The position numbers and the translations under genes were made by a program. From the NCBI GenBank assembly GCA_012026655.1, contig JAAILG010000118.1, forward strand, positions 62,001 to 126,000: a stretch of 64,000 nucleotides of DNA. The letters are read 5' to 3'. Under the pieces are notes generated by a model. The model saw nothing but the letters and a program-made list of their open reading frames with translations, was not told where the DNA came from and made no database searches. Source of the DNA: Hydrolagus affinis (lineage: Eukaryota). Each line of letters opens with the position of its first letter. Position 1 is the stretch's first letter. This document shows positions 37,451-49,050 of this stretch, in pieces.

Positions 37451-37730
37451 ACACACATTGTCTAGTTTCTGAAAAATTCTAATCCATGGCACCAAGACAA
37501 AATATACAGTATCCTATTTAAGAATCCATTTCTCTTAAACAAGTTCAGTTCTGGATTCTCTCTATTCTATACAAAGTCGCCAAGCACAAAATGACCTGCA
37601 CATTACTCTTATCAATGCAGTTACGATGATTTTCTGTTTGCACGTATATGTAGCAACTCATTTTCACCCAAAACAAGGCACAGACACAATGCTGATGGAT
37701 GGCTTGTCACATGTTTTCACCAAGCTCCAA

Positions 37731-38051
37731 TTACATGGCCCAGGATATGTTTGCAGTGTGTTCCTTGGCTTTCATTCGAAGAACAGCGATACTTGATGAT
37801 CTCCGTTCGCACTCGGGCCTCGGTTCAAATGCATGTCCATCGGGCGAGCCCAAATGTGCAGAGTCATTGAAGAGGTTGTTCAGAGCAACTTGACTGAACT
37901 GATTTTGGTGATTAGACATGCCCATGTAGGCACTGCCATTTCTGTGAGAGTGTGGATAGGGTGTCATACAGGGAGATGTTTCGCGTGGTAAAACACAGGA
38001 TGAAACCGATGAGCTAGTTGAGTTATTTCCTGCCCACAAATTGTTCTGTAG
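37731..38051 (-). CDS. ALX1: ALX1 coding exon 4 (321 nt incl. stop), OAR/aristaless domain
   Basis: Acceptor tctctctttctttcag|CTA. Encodes LQNNLWAGN...[25 protein letters not shown], the ALX1-type C-terminus with OAR motif. Total CDS 981 nt. Confidence 0.97.
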   Translation of the reverse strand, partial: LQNNLWAGNNSTSSSVSSCVLPRETSPCMTPYPHSHRNGSAYMGMSNHQNQFSQVALNNLFNDSAHLGSPDGHAFEPRPECERRSSSIAVLRMKAKEHTANISWAM

Positions 38052-39235
38052 CTGAAAGAAAGAGAGACAAGTGCATAATTCCATCCATTTTCTATCCCAA
38101 TATTCTCACCAAATATTGCTGCTACCTCAACATCAAACCACAGCATTTCTCAAATATTTCATCACAACATGTTACAGTAAACCATTCGCAGTACTGTTTG
38201 CCAACAATAAAGTCAACAGTTTATTGAAAACTCAATAGATATCACAGCTTTCAGGAATTCTTTCCTCTATCCCATTGCAGTAGAAATCTAAGGATACATT
38301 AGAATCCAAGTGGTGATGGGAAACCTGTACTGTTTAAATATTTTAATTATATGAAGGGTTTTATTTTGAAGGATTCTCTTCACCAAGGGCTGGAAATAGT
38401 TTTTGTGTACTTCTCAATCCTGAATAGTTTAATTTTATAGAGCTAAACTTAAATTGATGTGTATCTGCAACTTCATCTTTGCCTTTCACAGATACTAGAA
38501 GTGGCAGAGCAAAATCAGTTTCCTCAAACATAGAAAGAATGCTAGGCAGTATTGTGATCACATTATCAGTCAATGTTGAGATTAATGTGCATCTCCACAA
38601 ACATTGCTGAGGAATATATGAATCAAATGATAATGTACAAGCTTTGTTGAGTGTGAAACATGTTTAGGTTGTGTGAAGCAGAGGAAGACATCAATTCAAT
38701 TTATTGTAATTTAGTCCAGTTTATTATAGCTCATGAATAAAATAACTTTCATAACTGCATTTGCTAACTGCATTTGATACCAGATGATGCTACAGTGGGA
38801 AGATTGGTGGGGTGGGCTTTCTGGTAGCAATGCGCAATCAGTCCTTCTTCATTCAAACCTCTCTAATGAGTCCTTGGATGTGATTAAATAACATGGGACT
38901 GGAAGTCAGCAATGAGCCATTCAAAACCGCATCTCCAAATGGGTCCACAGGTAACTTACATCACAGGAAAACTTGTTTGATATCCTTCATAAATCAGTAT
39001 CCAAACTGAAGGTATACTGCCCTTTACATTATTTTGATAACTGAAATATAGAGACAATCTGCTTTCATTACTTTTCATTTTATCCCTCTGCTCTGGACAT
39101 CCTCATGATGTGAAATGCACTCAAAAAAATGTAAGCTGTTGTTGTTGTTGCTCACTGGCTCTGCAGCCAAGCCAATTGTTGCATATAATTCTACATCTAC
39201 CAGCTACATACTCATTTGTGTCATTATCCACTTAC

Positions 39236-39364
39236 CTGTGAGTAACTCTCTGTCCTGGGTAAAAGAGAAACATCATAGGAGGTTGCAAAGTGGCTCCTGG
39301 CTTGTTGTAATTGTCCATAACGTTCCCTCTTTCTCCATTTTGCTCTTCTGTTTTGAAACCAAAC
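39236..39364 (-). CDS. ALX1: ALX1 coding exon 3 (129 nt), homeodomain helix 3 (Q50)
   Basis: Acceptor ttttatttccgtgcag|GTT. Encodes [43 protein letters not shown]. Donor CAG|GTAAGT. Confidence 0.97.
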
Positions 39365-40224
39365 CTGCACGGAAATAAAACATCCCACTAAATAGATAAC
39401 TTGTGACCGATAACTAAAGGCATTCATCAATATCTTATTGTAAATGGATTTCATACACTTGAACAATCTGTGTGCAGATAAACCACTGAATCCAGGTTCC
39501 CTAAGAGCTGGTGAATTATCTAACAAGCCACTACCTTAAATCTCACCCAGTGTATAGTCACTGGTTCTGACACAGCTCCAGGTTCATTCTTTCAGCAAGA
39601 ATTTACTATTTCCACATTATCGATCATTTGCTCTGTATACTTCTCAGCTTTGACAATTAATCTGAAACAGACAAATAGGATCTTGCTCTTGGCTCCATTA
39701 ATGTATTATTTATGAGAGAATGGGCAGAGAGAGCTAGAGACAATGCTTTCAGATATTTGGTACATGGACAGCAGGCTGAATGGCCTCCTCCTGTGTTTAA
39801 ACATTCTTTAATAAGATATTAATAATATTGCATTTGAAATAGCAGCTTATGACAACATTAAAACAACTCAAATCACTTCCCATTGGTTGCTATTTGATAT
39901 ACAGTACAAGAGGTAAACTTGTAAAAGTGCCACATCAAACACAAGGATTGGTATTAGTATTGCAGAGTGCAAAGATTGTGCATTCTGCAGGTGCAAACAA
40001 AATAAAAGTAGAAAACTGAACAATAATGTTTTTCAACCGTATATGGTCACATTCATTCTGTAAAGATTTACTTCCATTTTAAAATGATAGTTATTAATCT
40101 GAACAAGTATGGAATGGTTTATTCAGAGTCTTTGCAAGTATCCAATCCTTTATCGGCCTTTGAACATTGAAACGGTAATCAACTATTGATGAGTTTGCTG
40201 AACCAGTTTTATACCAGTTGTATG

Positions 40225-40533
40225 GGGCATTCCACAGCTCAGTGGTTAGAGCACTCATCTTACGAGCATGAGACATCTGTTCGAAACCAGGTAGGTCAGG
40301 GCGAAACCTTGGGTAAATTTCCTTACTCCATACACCCAGTAATAATCCCTCCCCAAAAAACAATAATAAAATGGGTCATTTCAATCCTTGACTGTTTGCG
40401 GGATATTACTGTGGGCAATTGGCTGCCGTGTTTCCCACAAGTATTCAATCAATTCACTTTACAGTATTTTCTGTGAAGTGCTTTGAAACGTCTAGAAGAC
40501 ATGAAAAGCCCTATATCAAAATGCAAGGATTAT
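40225..40533 (+). mobile_element. tRNA-derived SINE in ALX1 intron 2
   Basis: CAGCTCAGTGGTTAGAGCACTC...GTTCGAAACC...TTTCCTTACTCC...AATGCAAGGATTAT. Confidence 0.9.
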
Positions 40534-41487
40534 GGGATGGAGATGATGAAGTGTAATCAGTGGAAAGCAATTTCTACCTCAAACAAATAAAATTGATGTG
40601 TTATTGACAATATATATGCATCATTGAAAGAATTAACTTGGGAGCACCTGTATATTGAGCGAAAAATGTGGGGTTCAGCATGTTCAGCATGTTTTAGCAA
40701 TTAATTTCACATTAGTCCACAACAAGTACTGTCATAAAGAAGCATTTGTTGTACACGCCTACTGTCCTATTCAGGGAATAACTCCATTCACAACAACAAG
40801 AACCACAAATTGGTTCAGAACATGAGGAATTTGTTCTACTTCTGCATAGATTAGAGTGTAATATTACTCGCCTTAACGGTGCACAGAGCCAGTAACTAGT
40901 TCACTCATCTAATGCAAACAAGACATTTGAATATTTTATAACTTTTATTAGATCCTCCATATTGTGCTTTTGGCTTCACCCATCAGCCGAGCATTGCTGA
41001 TCAGCTTTGTTTATTCAGCTCCTAAGAGCAACATTTGTCACTGAGAATTGTAGCGCTTGTAAAGATGTCAGGTAGACTTAACGTTGATTGTCTACTGCAC
41101 GCCATTGTAAGGCAAGAAAGTGTTATTTCTGCTGATTGTCACCAGGACACTTATTTGGTTGTAAATGCTATGATAACGGTAACCAGGGAAGTAGGGAAGT
41201 TCCAATTATAGATCTTACGGGTTTACAGTTTTAAACAAACATGGAGAAAAGTGGAACCAGAAAATAATATTAACATAACATTGTTCAGTTGAAAGCAACT
41301 GGGTTGAGTTTTTGCGCCTGTCGGTTATGCAGATGACATTCCATCACTGGCATATTCAACATGTGGAGTGTGGGATTTGCTCCAGAAAGTGGAAAAAAGA
41401 AATTCTGCCCGTCAACGATACAACTGTATATTTACGCTGCGTGTTATTGAATTCTGGGTTCTTTTTATTCTGGGAATGATCCACCGT

Positions 41488-41587
41488 NNNNNNNNNNNNN
41501 NNNNNNNNNNNNNNNNNNNNNNNNNNNNNNNNNNNNNNNNNNNNNNNNNNNNNNNNNNNNNNNNNNNNNNNNNNNNNNNNNNNNNNN
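41488..41587. other. assembly gap (100 N) in ALX1 intron 2, abutting a SINE
   Basis: Run of exactly 100 n, probably a placeholder size. Confidence 0.99.
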
Positions 41588-41692
41588 TTAGGCGTGTGGA
41601 GTAAGGAAACTTGCCCTGACCTGCCTGGATTCGAAACACAGGTCTCACGGCTTGAATGGCGAGTGCTCTAAGCACTGAGCCACAGGACTCCT
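41588..41692 (-). mobile_element. tRNA-derived SINE 5' part, truncated by the gap
   Basis: Reverse complement GGAGTCCTGTGGCTCAGTGCTTAGAGCACTCGCC...TTCGAATCCAGGCAGG...TTTCCTTACTCCACACGCC. Confidence 0.88.
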
Positions 41693-42601
41693 CCGCTACT
41701 GATCAAATTGTTCTCACGGCTGATATGAATAATTATTATCCGTTTCGGGTTTTGGGGTGAAAAATAACTGTTTGTCATATGGAATAAATCGATCGTGTCA
41801 CTTGCAGTGATTAAATAGCAGCTTATCTCTGCCCACCCCCCCCCCCCCACCCCCCAAAAAATAATAATTTGAAAATAACTTGAATTTACTTGAATATCTT
41901 CCCGTTGTTTTAAATGTTATTTTAATGCCACCAATGTTTCCGCTCAGAGGTGTTCAAAATCAACACACTGTGTCTATTTTATAAGCGTTCCGGGTTCTAT
42001 GAGTTGGTAAAAAATGTAATTGTTTAAGGCGAACCAAACACAAGCGTTTGTCACACACACAGAAAAACAAATTCAGTCATTTGTGATTGGCATTCCCTAA
42101 ACATCCGGTCTAGTTTGTGAGACGTTAATGTACAGTATTAGCAGAATAAGGTTTATTCGACTCACTTCAAATGAATTCCCTGCGTGTGACTTTATCAGTT
42201 GATGTCTTTAATGTCCCTTTGTTGAGACCTCCAGCATTGGATTTTGGTCGAGGGGTTACAGGGATGCATTAATATGGGCAATGGAGACTCTTTTGGGGGA
42301 ACTACAAAGTCGACACGTTTACAGGCAGCATCTCTATCCCATTCTCAACCTACTCCCGCGGTCACATTCCTGGTGATGACTAATGTCAGAGATCTTGTAT
42401 TTCAGACTCCTATTGTCTTATTACAAAAAAAAAACTCCTTTCTGCGAAGAAAAAGTGTTTTTTCTCCCCCCCTCCCCCCCCAAAAAAAAGCCTGTTCTGC
42501 TTTTAGAAGTTGTATTCGCTCTGATCGCAAGTTCCCACCTTTATCGTTATCCTAATCATTCTATCAAATGGATGACTTCCCCATGTGTGTTAGCTCTTTA
42601 C

Positions 42602-42906
42602 CTGCACCCTGGCCTCGGTGAGCTCTGTGCGCAGAGCCAGCTGTTCCCGGGCATACACATCTGGGTAGTGGGTTTTCTGGAAGACTTTCTCCAGCTCCTC
42701 CAGCTGCAAACTGGTGAACGTGGTCCTGTTCCTCCTCTTCTTTGTGCTGGAGACATTCGAGTCACTCTTGTCAGCTGTCTGATCCATACCGTGTTTCTCC
42801 TCCAGCCCTTTGGGTGGGGACACCTTCATGTTGCAATAGTTTTCGATGGGTCTTGACAGGTCGGTGCACAGAGGCTGACCCATTGGTTTGGATACCCCAT
42901 AATTTA
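42602..42906 (-). CDS. ALX1: ALX1 coding exon 2 (305 nt), N-terminal part of the homeodomain
   Basis: Acceptor ttttcttttatgtccag|TA. Encodes VNYGVSK...[47 protein letters not shown]. Donor CAG|GTAAAG. Phase is consistent with exon 1 (226+305=531). Confidence 0.97.
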
Positions 42907-42955
42907 CTGGACATAAAAGAAAAGGGTTAGATATCAGAGACAGGAAGCACCCACT

Positions 42956-42998
42956 AGAGAGAGAGAGAGGGGGGGTGGAGGTGGGTGGGGGGGGGGGG
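42956..42998. repeat. (GA)n plus G-run; pyrimidine tract on the ALX1 sense strand ~50-90 nt before exon 2
   Basis: AGAGAGAGAGAGAGGGGGGGTGGAGGTGGGTGGGGGGGGGGG seen directly. Confidence 0.85.
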
Positions 42999-45900
42999 AA
43001 ACTTGTCAACCACTTCCTATAGCTGTTTTACTAGACTGGCACAAACATGTTTTAATTCATTAACTGAGATCAAACGTACGTCAAAAGCCACTCGGCGCAA
43101 TCCTTTTTAATATTAGGAGAGAAATGAAACCTGTACCTTGTATATTGGTGAAACAACGTGTGTGAGAAAGAACATACTCTGTTAACGTTTCTCCGAAGTG
43201 AAAGGCGCTCGATAAATGTGATTTTGTTGTTGTTATTACATTATAACACTTTTGGTTGCGAATAAATAAATCTGGCGGTTTTGTAGCTGCAGAGGCGGCT
43301 GAATTGGTATTTAGCTTGAAGAGGCAACACTTATAATAATTTCAATTACTTATAACCAATTTTAATTGACAGAATTTTTCATATATATATATATATTTAG
43401 TTGAATGCCAATCTTAGCGTGCAGACTGGCAGCCATACTAAAAGCAGATGAAACCTTTTCTGAAATGACAAGATGCTGTCTGTTTTTCTCTGCCAGCCAA
43501 ATACCTTTGAACCGATTTGCAGTTCTTTAAAAGTTATACCAACAGCAAATTACAATGGACCCAACCTGACTTACAAATGCTTCATATGTAAAGTATAAAG
43601 TCTAAAATGCTGTAAGATGTTATGAGAGTTTATGAGAGAGAGAAAGAGCGAGAGTGAGATACTATCTGTTGGATGGACAGATGCTATCTGGCACTCTGAA
43701 AGAATAGCTACTATGTGATTAGAAATATTTTCTGAAGTTGGAAATAATAATTACACATTAGTGACAGACTTAGCTAACCGAGGCGGTTACATTTTCAGCA
43801 TCTAACGAGTGAAGAGACTTTCACTCTTCTAACTCGGAAAGCACCAGATTCCTTGTCTTGTGGGGGGGCGGGGAAAGTTTTTAAACTACGAGCAAAGACC
43901 AGATGTACAGTATTTTACAAAATTGAAAGTATTTTTCTGTCAGTTTATGCCATTGTGGTTTGTAGCATCAGTGCAAAATAGTTGTTTTTTTTGTCCCCCT
44001 GCTGACTTGTGGATGATTTTGCCCTTATATCAGTGTGCAGGCGACAGGCAAAGCGATTTTTATCTGTTAATCAGTAATGAGCAATGTTACAAGTCAGTGC
44101 GCACACACTCGGTTCGTGATGGGCAGATAGATACACATGAAACTGGTAGATTTGCTGGAATGTTTAATCTGTCAGTGGGCACTCAGGCCAACCGTGAAAT
44201 GAAATGTTAAAACGTGTTCCTGATGAAACTTTGTAGTTCTTTCTATTCCTCCTTTGTTCCTTCACCACCACGAGAGCTTCGAGGGAAACAGGAATCTCAG
44301 ACGTGCGGCAGCTCTGGGACAATTTTTATGGATGAAGGAATTGAAATACAAAACACCATCAATAAGTCTTAACATCAGTTATAATTTATATTTGCGGGAC
44401 ATATTCGGAAAGAGAGAGAGAGAGCCGAGGCACGGGGTGAATTTCTACACTATCCTATTTCCCTAATATTACTGCTTCTGCCTCAAACACTTGTCAGTGT
44501 TTGGATTTCACTGATGCGGTGTTTCCTGAAACCCTCTGCTTTTGTCTTTCCTAAGGCACAAAGATTTCACGTGTGCGTGTTCTTTACGGTTTGTTCCTGC
44601 CGCTCACAGGCAAACTGGTTTTAATTCCCTCCAAATAGGCACGAGTCAAACAACCCCCACCAAATACACTTCGATAGAACAGTCGACGTGAAATTGTTCA
44701 TTTGATAATGACTTGATTGATAAATTCACTTGGAATATTCTTGAAACGAGTATTTTGGTTGAGGATGTGATTATTGTCGCTGTATGTTTGTTGGCAGATG
44801 TGGGCGATGGTGTTTTATTCACGGTTAGAGAAGAAAGAGGTCTTTTCGGAAATTACAGATACACAAGGACTGTGCTTGTCTCCCCACAATATCTGTAGAT
44901 ACTGTACTGTATTTCGCTCCCGTGAGGACTTTTCCACACGGGTCAATTTGTGCATCAAGTCCACCCACACATTGCAACACTACAGCAACAAGATCTTTCT
45001 CTCTTACTTTCCTTTCATCTAAAAAATATCGCTGCACATCATATTCGTGCCTTTGTGTGTCCTTTTGTGTTGTGTAGATCCAGTTACCAGGCAAGAGATT
45101 GGAGGAACGTGCAATGAATATCTACAAGATATCTACAATATCTTTTAAGTCCCTTAAACGGGAATGATGCATTCGACTGTAAAGGCCGGATTAGCCGGTA
45201 TGAAAGTCACTGGCTTTCCAAATGATACACCGGGCTGGGAATCTATACAGAGTTCAGTTGATTTGATAGGCGATACAATTGGAAATCAGGTTTAAATCGG
45301 ATACCTCTCCTTGTGATATCAATGTAAGATGGAACCGGAGCAGTCAATGTCTCTAAAGTACAAAATAAAACGCCATCCGCATTTCTTACCAGTTATTAAT
45401 ACCAGGGAAGTTTTGACTGGTGTACAATCAAATGTACAATCGTTGCAGAATTCATGTTGGGGGGTGGGGGGAGGGTTTGTCCGACGACACATTATTTAGC
45501 TTTTTCCTGGGATTTGTTCGTCCCTTGATCTAAACCCCAAAGCTAAATGCAGGGTGATGATAAAACAGTGTCGGGGTTGAGGTTTGCTAAATGGGGGTGA
45601 TTATGGTGTCACAGTATCCGCCAGTAGAGGATTTTTGTTTAGTCGTTTTCCGGATCTGATTCATTCTCATGTCTATCGGCGAATTAAAAGTGAAATGAAA
45701 GCAAATTATTATCTTTATCTTGATATTATCGGGGGAAAAAAAAACTGGATCTAAAAGGTGGGCGATCTGTTGGTCGAGGCGTTGTTTTGAATTCAAAACT
45801 GTACCGTGGGATTTCTTACAACATCTGTGTAAAAAAAAGGATTGGGGTTGATCTCGGGAGATGCCGGCCAAGGAAAGGGGGAGTCACTACATTGCTCTTC

Positions 45901-48462
45901 AAAATGAATCCATACACGGAAAGTAAATTGTCCACGTGAAATTAAGGATGGAGGGAAAGCCCAGAAGGAATACTGTCGCACTGCAAGACAATAAAATAGC
46001 CGGTTTCCATGTTAAGCTGTTTGCCAAGGTTTTTTTTTAGAAATCTAACATTAGTTAGAAATTCCGTTGTGCCTGTGTTTTTCTCCCATCAATATTATTA
46101 AGGAGGTTCTGTTAAGACGTTGTGATGTGATGTATTGGCAATAACAATAGCAGTGACTGACATCCGATTATTTGCTTAACTCAACCTGGAACCTAAACTT
46201 TTACAGATTTGCCCGGTGCCGAAAACTACAGAAATGATTCACTGAAGGCGATTGTAACTTTTGGACCTTATGTGTTGAATGTAATATCACAGCGGTATCC
46301 ACTTCTGTCCCATCCAATAATCTACTAAATTTGCCAAAAGCGAAACCTTTGTCTCTCTCTTTAGATATATATATATATATATAAAGCTTTATAGGAAGCT
46401 TTATCGTAAGAATGCAATTTCAAGACTTTGAAAACAAAACCACGAAATGCAAAAAATATTGCATTCCCTCGTAAGTTTGATTTGCATCCGTTCGGAATAT
46501 TTTACACATCACATTGTGATTGTAAATGCTACATTTTATGGCTGAAACTTACTCTTTGATAAAAAAAAGATCTATGTTGTATGTAAATATCAGTAGTTCA
46601 TTTCATGTACACATTTCTACTGTACACCCAGATATTTTTTATTCCTAGCTTATTACAGAAAATGCCTTATTTCACCTTTAAAGCATTTCTATATAACGTG
46701 CAGCTTTTTAAAAAATCGCTTTGTGTTTTTAAAGTGGTCAAACTAAGTTGCTCAGACGTTATTTTTTACAGAGTAAATGCGACTCATCAATTTCCATGTA
46801 CTTTGTTGCTCAGAACATGTGAAGTAGCCTATCATTCAGTTGATGGATTCGAACATTTGTAACCAGAAGTACTGAGCAATGGTTTGGCAAATGAGCTTGA
46901 GCAAAATTGAGCTTTTGTTTACAAAGCAAACCGAGACCTTTTCTTATGCTAACTGTACGAATTGACCGTTGCAATGGGATTTGGTGATGGGGGACTTTTC
47001 GACGTGCAAACGTGTGGGATTTGGACATCATTATTATAACTGAACGACAACTTGCACCCACAACCGGGGATCCAAGTGAACCGGGGGTCCTGTGGTTCTG
47101 ATTTTAAGGCTGTGTAACTATTTTTTTTCAAATCAATATGTTTGTCAGTTAAATCTAATTGCTATGTAATCGGACGTCCCCCATCCCCAAACAAACACAC
47201 GTTATTTGGCCACCTGCAGCATTGATTGGTTTTGAAAGCAAGTCACTTTTAAAGAAACGTCAAATGTTTTTTTTTGCTCGTTAAAGTTAATCCAGAACAG
47301 ATTGGTTTGCTACCAGGATCTGATCTGCCATCTATTTCGATACACGGGCCATTTTTTGCTTGGGTGGTGGGGAGGGGGGTGGGGGGGGTGGAGAGACATC
47401 ATGAAATCTTTTGAAACACGAGTAAGAAGCTGTGCCCGGCCTAGACGAGTCTGGTTTCTCTTTTCCTATATAATATGTAGTCAAAAATGTGCTGGACGAT
47501 ATACATCAATATGTCGAGTACAAAGAAGAACTGTCCTGATTCCAGTCTTCGACTGTGCACGGGGATTACTCGGTTTCATGAAACGCAAAGGTTACTATTT
47601 TGTACTTAATTTCTCAGTTCCCAATTCCCCCAATACACCCAGGCGAAAATATTGCTGTCATGCTGTAAAGGTTATGTACTTCTAGAGATCCAAGAATGAA
47701 GTCTAGTCCCCAAACGGCCAAATCAGAAACGACTTTTATTCATTAAAAAAAAGTAACTTCACCCCCAATTCCACGTCGATTTGAGTCCCGCAGCAAATCC
47801 GCATTTGCACAGAGTTTAAACATTGCGCCGTTTCGTTCCTCGGCGATTTATAAACATTTCTAGCTGGAAATAACATCCTTTTAATTACAGTCGGATCTGA
47901 GTGTCAAAGGTGAAAAAAAAGGTTGGGCTAAACTTCACTGTCTGTGCCATTGATTATCGAAACAGCAATGATAAATGGTTTGTTAGTGTAACGCATCGCT
48001 TTCTAATTGCTCGACATTCACCCGCTTCCCAATAACACATTTCTCCTACTTTGGTATTTCTGTGTATGTTCACAATGCACCCCCCCCCCCCCTCCACCCA
48101 CCACGTACACCAGCCCTGAATAAATCATTACAACATTATCTTTATTTAAAAAAAAAGTTCCTTAAAATGTGTGCTGTGGATTTTACCCGCTGCACAGTGT
48201 GAAAATGATGCGATGCTTTTAAATGGATAGGGTTTGTACCAGTTATCAACTGAGACAATTAGGACTACAGACCCGGACAGACTTAAATACAGTCTCGGAA
48301 ATGTTTATTGAACGTGATTGGGTTTCCTGGCGTTGTATCTGCGAAGCTAGACTGGCACTAAACTTCATATACATAACATAACATCCGATGCTGCCTCAAA
48401 CTCCATTCCATTCCATCGTAAAGCCGCTTTAGTACGGATACCGAGATCAAATGAAACCTTAC

Positions 48463-48688
48463 CGTTGGCGCTGTCTCCGTGAAGAGCTGCTTTGCCAACG
48501 CTGTCATGCTGCTCGCTGTTTTCCATATTGATGAAGGCTTGAATGCGTTTGGAAGAGTTCTTGTTATAGAACGATCCCCCGTCCATGCTTTCCATAACTT
48601 GCTCCAGAGTTTCTCCTGCCCCCATGTAGTACTCATTCCCCTTCGCCTGGTGACCAGCCATCGAAAAATTCTCACTCGTAAATTCCAT
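48463..48688 (-). CDS. ALX1: ALX homeobox protein 1, coding exon 1 (226 nt; in-frame upstream ATG at 48694 would add MI)
   Basis: Translates MEFTSENFSMAGHQAKGNEYYMGAGETLEQVMESMDGGSFYNK..., resembling the vertebrate ALX1 N-terminus (MEFLSEKF...FYMGAGG.LEHVME). Ends AAC G|GTAAG, a phase-1 donor at 48462-48461. Confidence 0.95.
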
Positions 48689-48694
48689 AATCAT

Positions 48695-49050
48695 CTAAAA
48701 ATCCAAATGACACAGTGGGTCTCGCTGAGAGAAAGCAGACTTCGATGTACTTACTGTATTTGAGGGGGAATCGGTTTGAACTTAAATGTAAACTGTAGAT
48801 TGTGGCTGTGGATAAGGTTTCTGGAAACTGCTCTATATAGAGTAAAAGCAACAGGCATCTGACTGCAGCCTCCTCCCATCCTAATAAATATACAAATCCA
48901 TGAGCAGCTCCCTCCACCCACAGGCCAACCCCTTGCAGCAAGGGAAAGACGCTATTAAATTGCTCTGTGTGGTAGATATGCGAGTTTGACTCTTTTTTTC
49001 GCTTCATTTATCATAGCACCGGTTTATCTGTCAGGATCTGTGTATTTATC
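48695..49050 (-). promoter_or_regulatory. ALX1 5'UTR / proximal promoter region
   Basis: Repeat-free sequence directly upstream of the start codon. TATA-like TATATTTATTA on the minus strand near 48882-48892 and palindrome CTCTATATAGAG at 48831-48842. The TSS cannot be determined. Confidence 0.5.

Noticed and set aside
41368-41675. ORFs spanning X runs
   Set aside because: Artefacts of the 100-N gap.
40225-41692. Inverted SINE pair promoting ALX1 circular RNA
   Set aside because: Both copies lie within the same intron and do not flank an exon, and one is cut by the gap.
44612-44627. Near match to the TWIST1-homeodomain Coordinator motif (AAACTGGTTTTAATT)
   Set aside because: The E-box is broken (AAACTG, not CANNTG).
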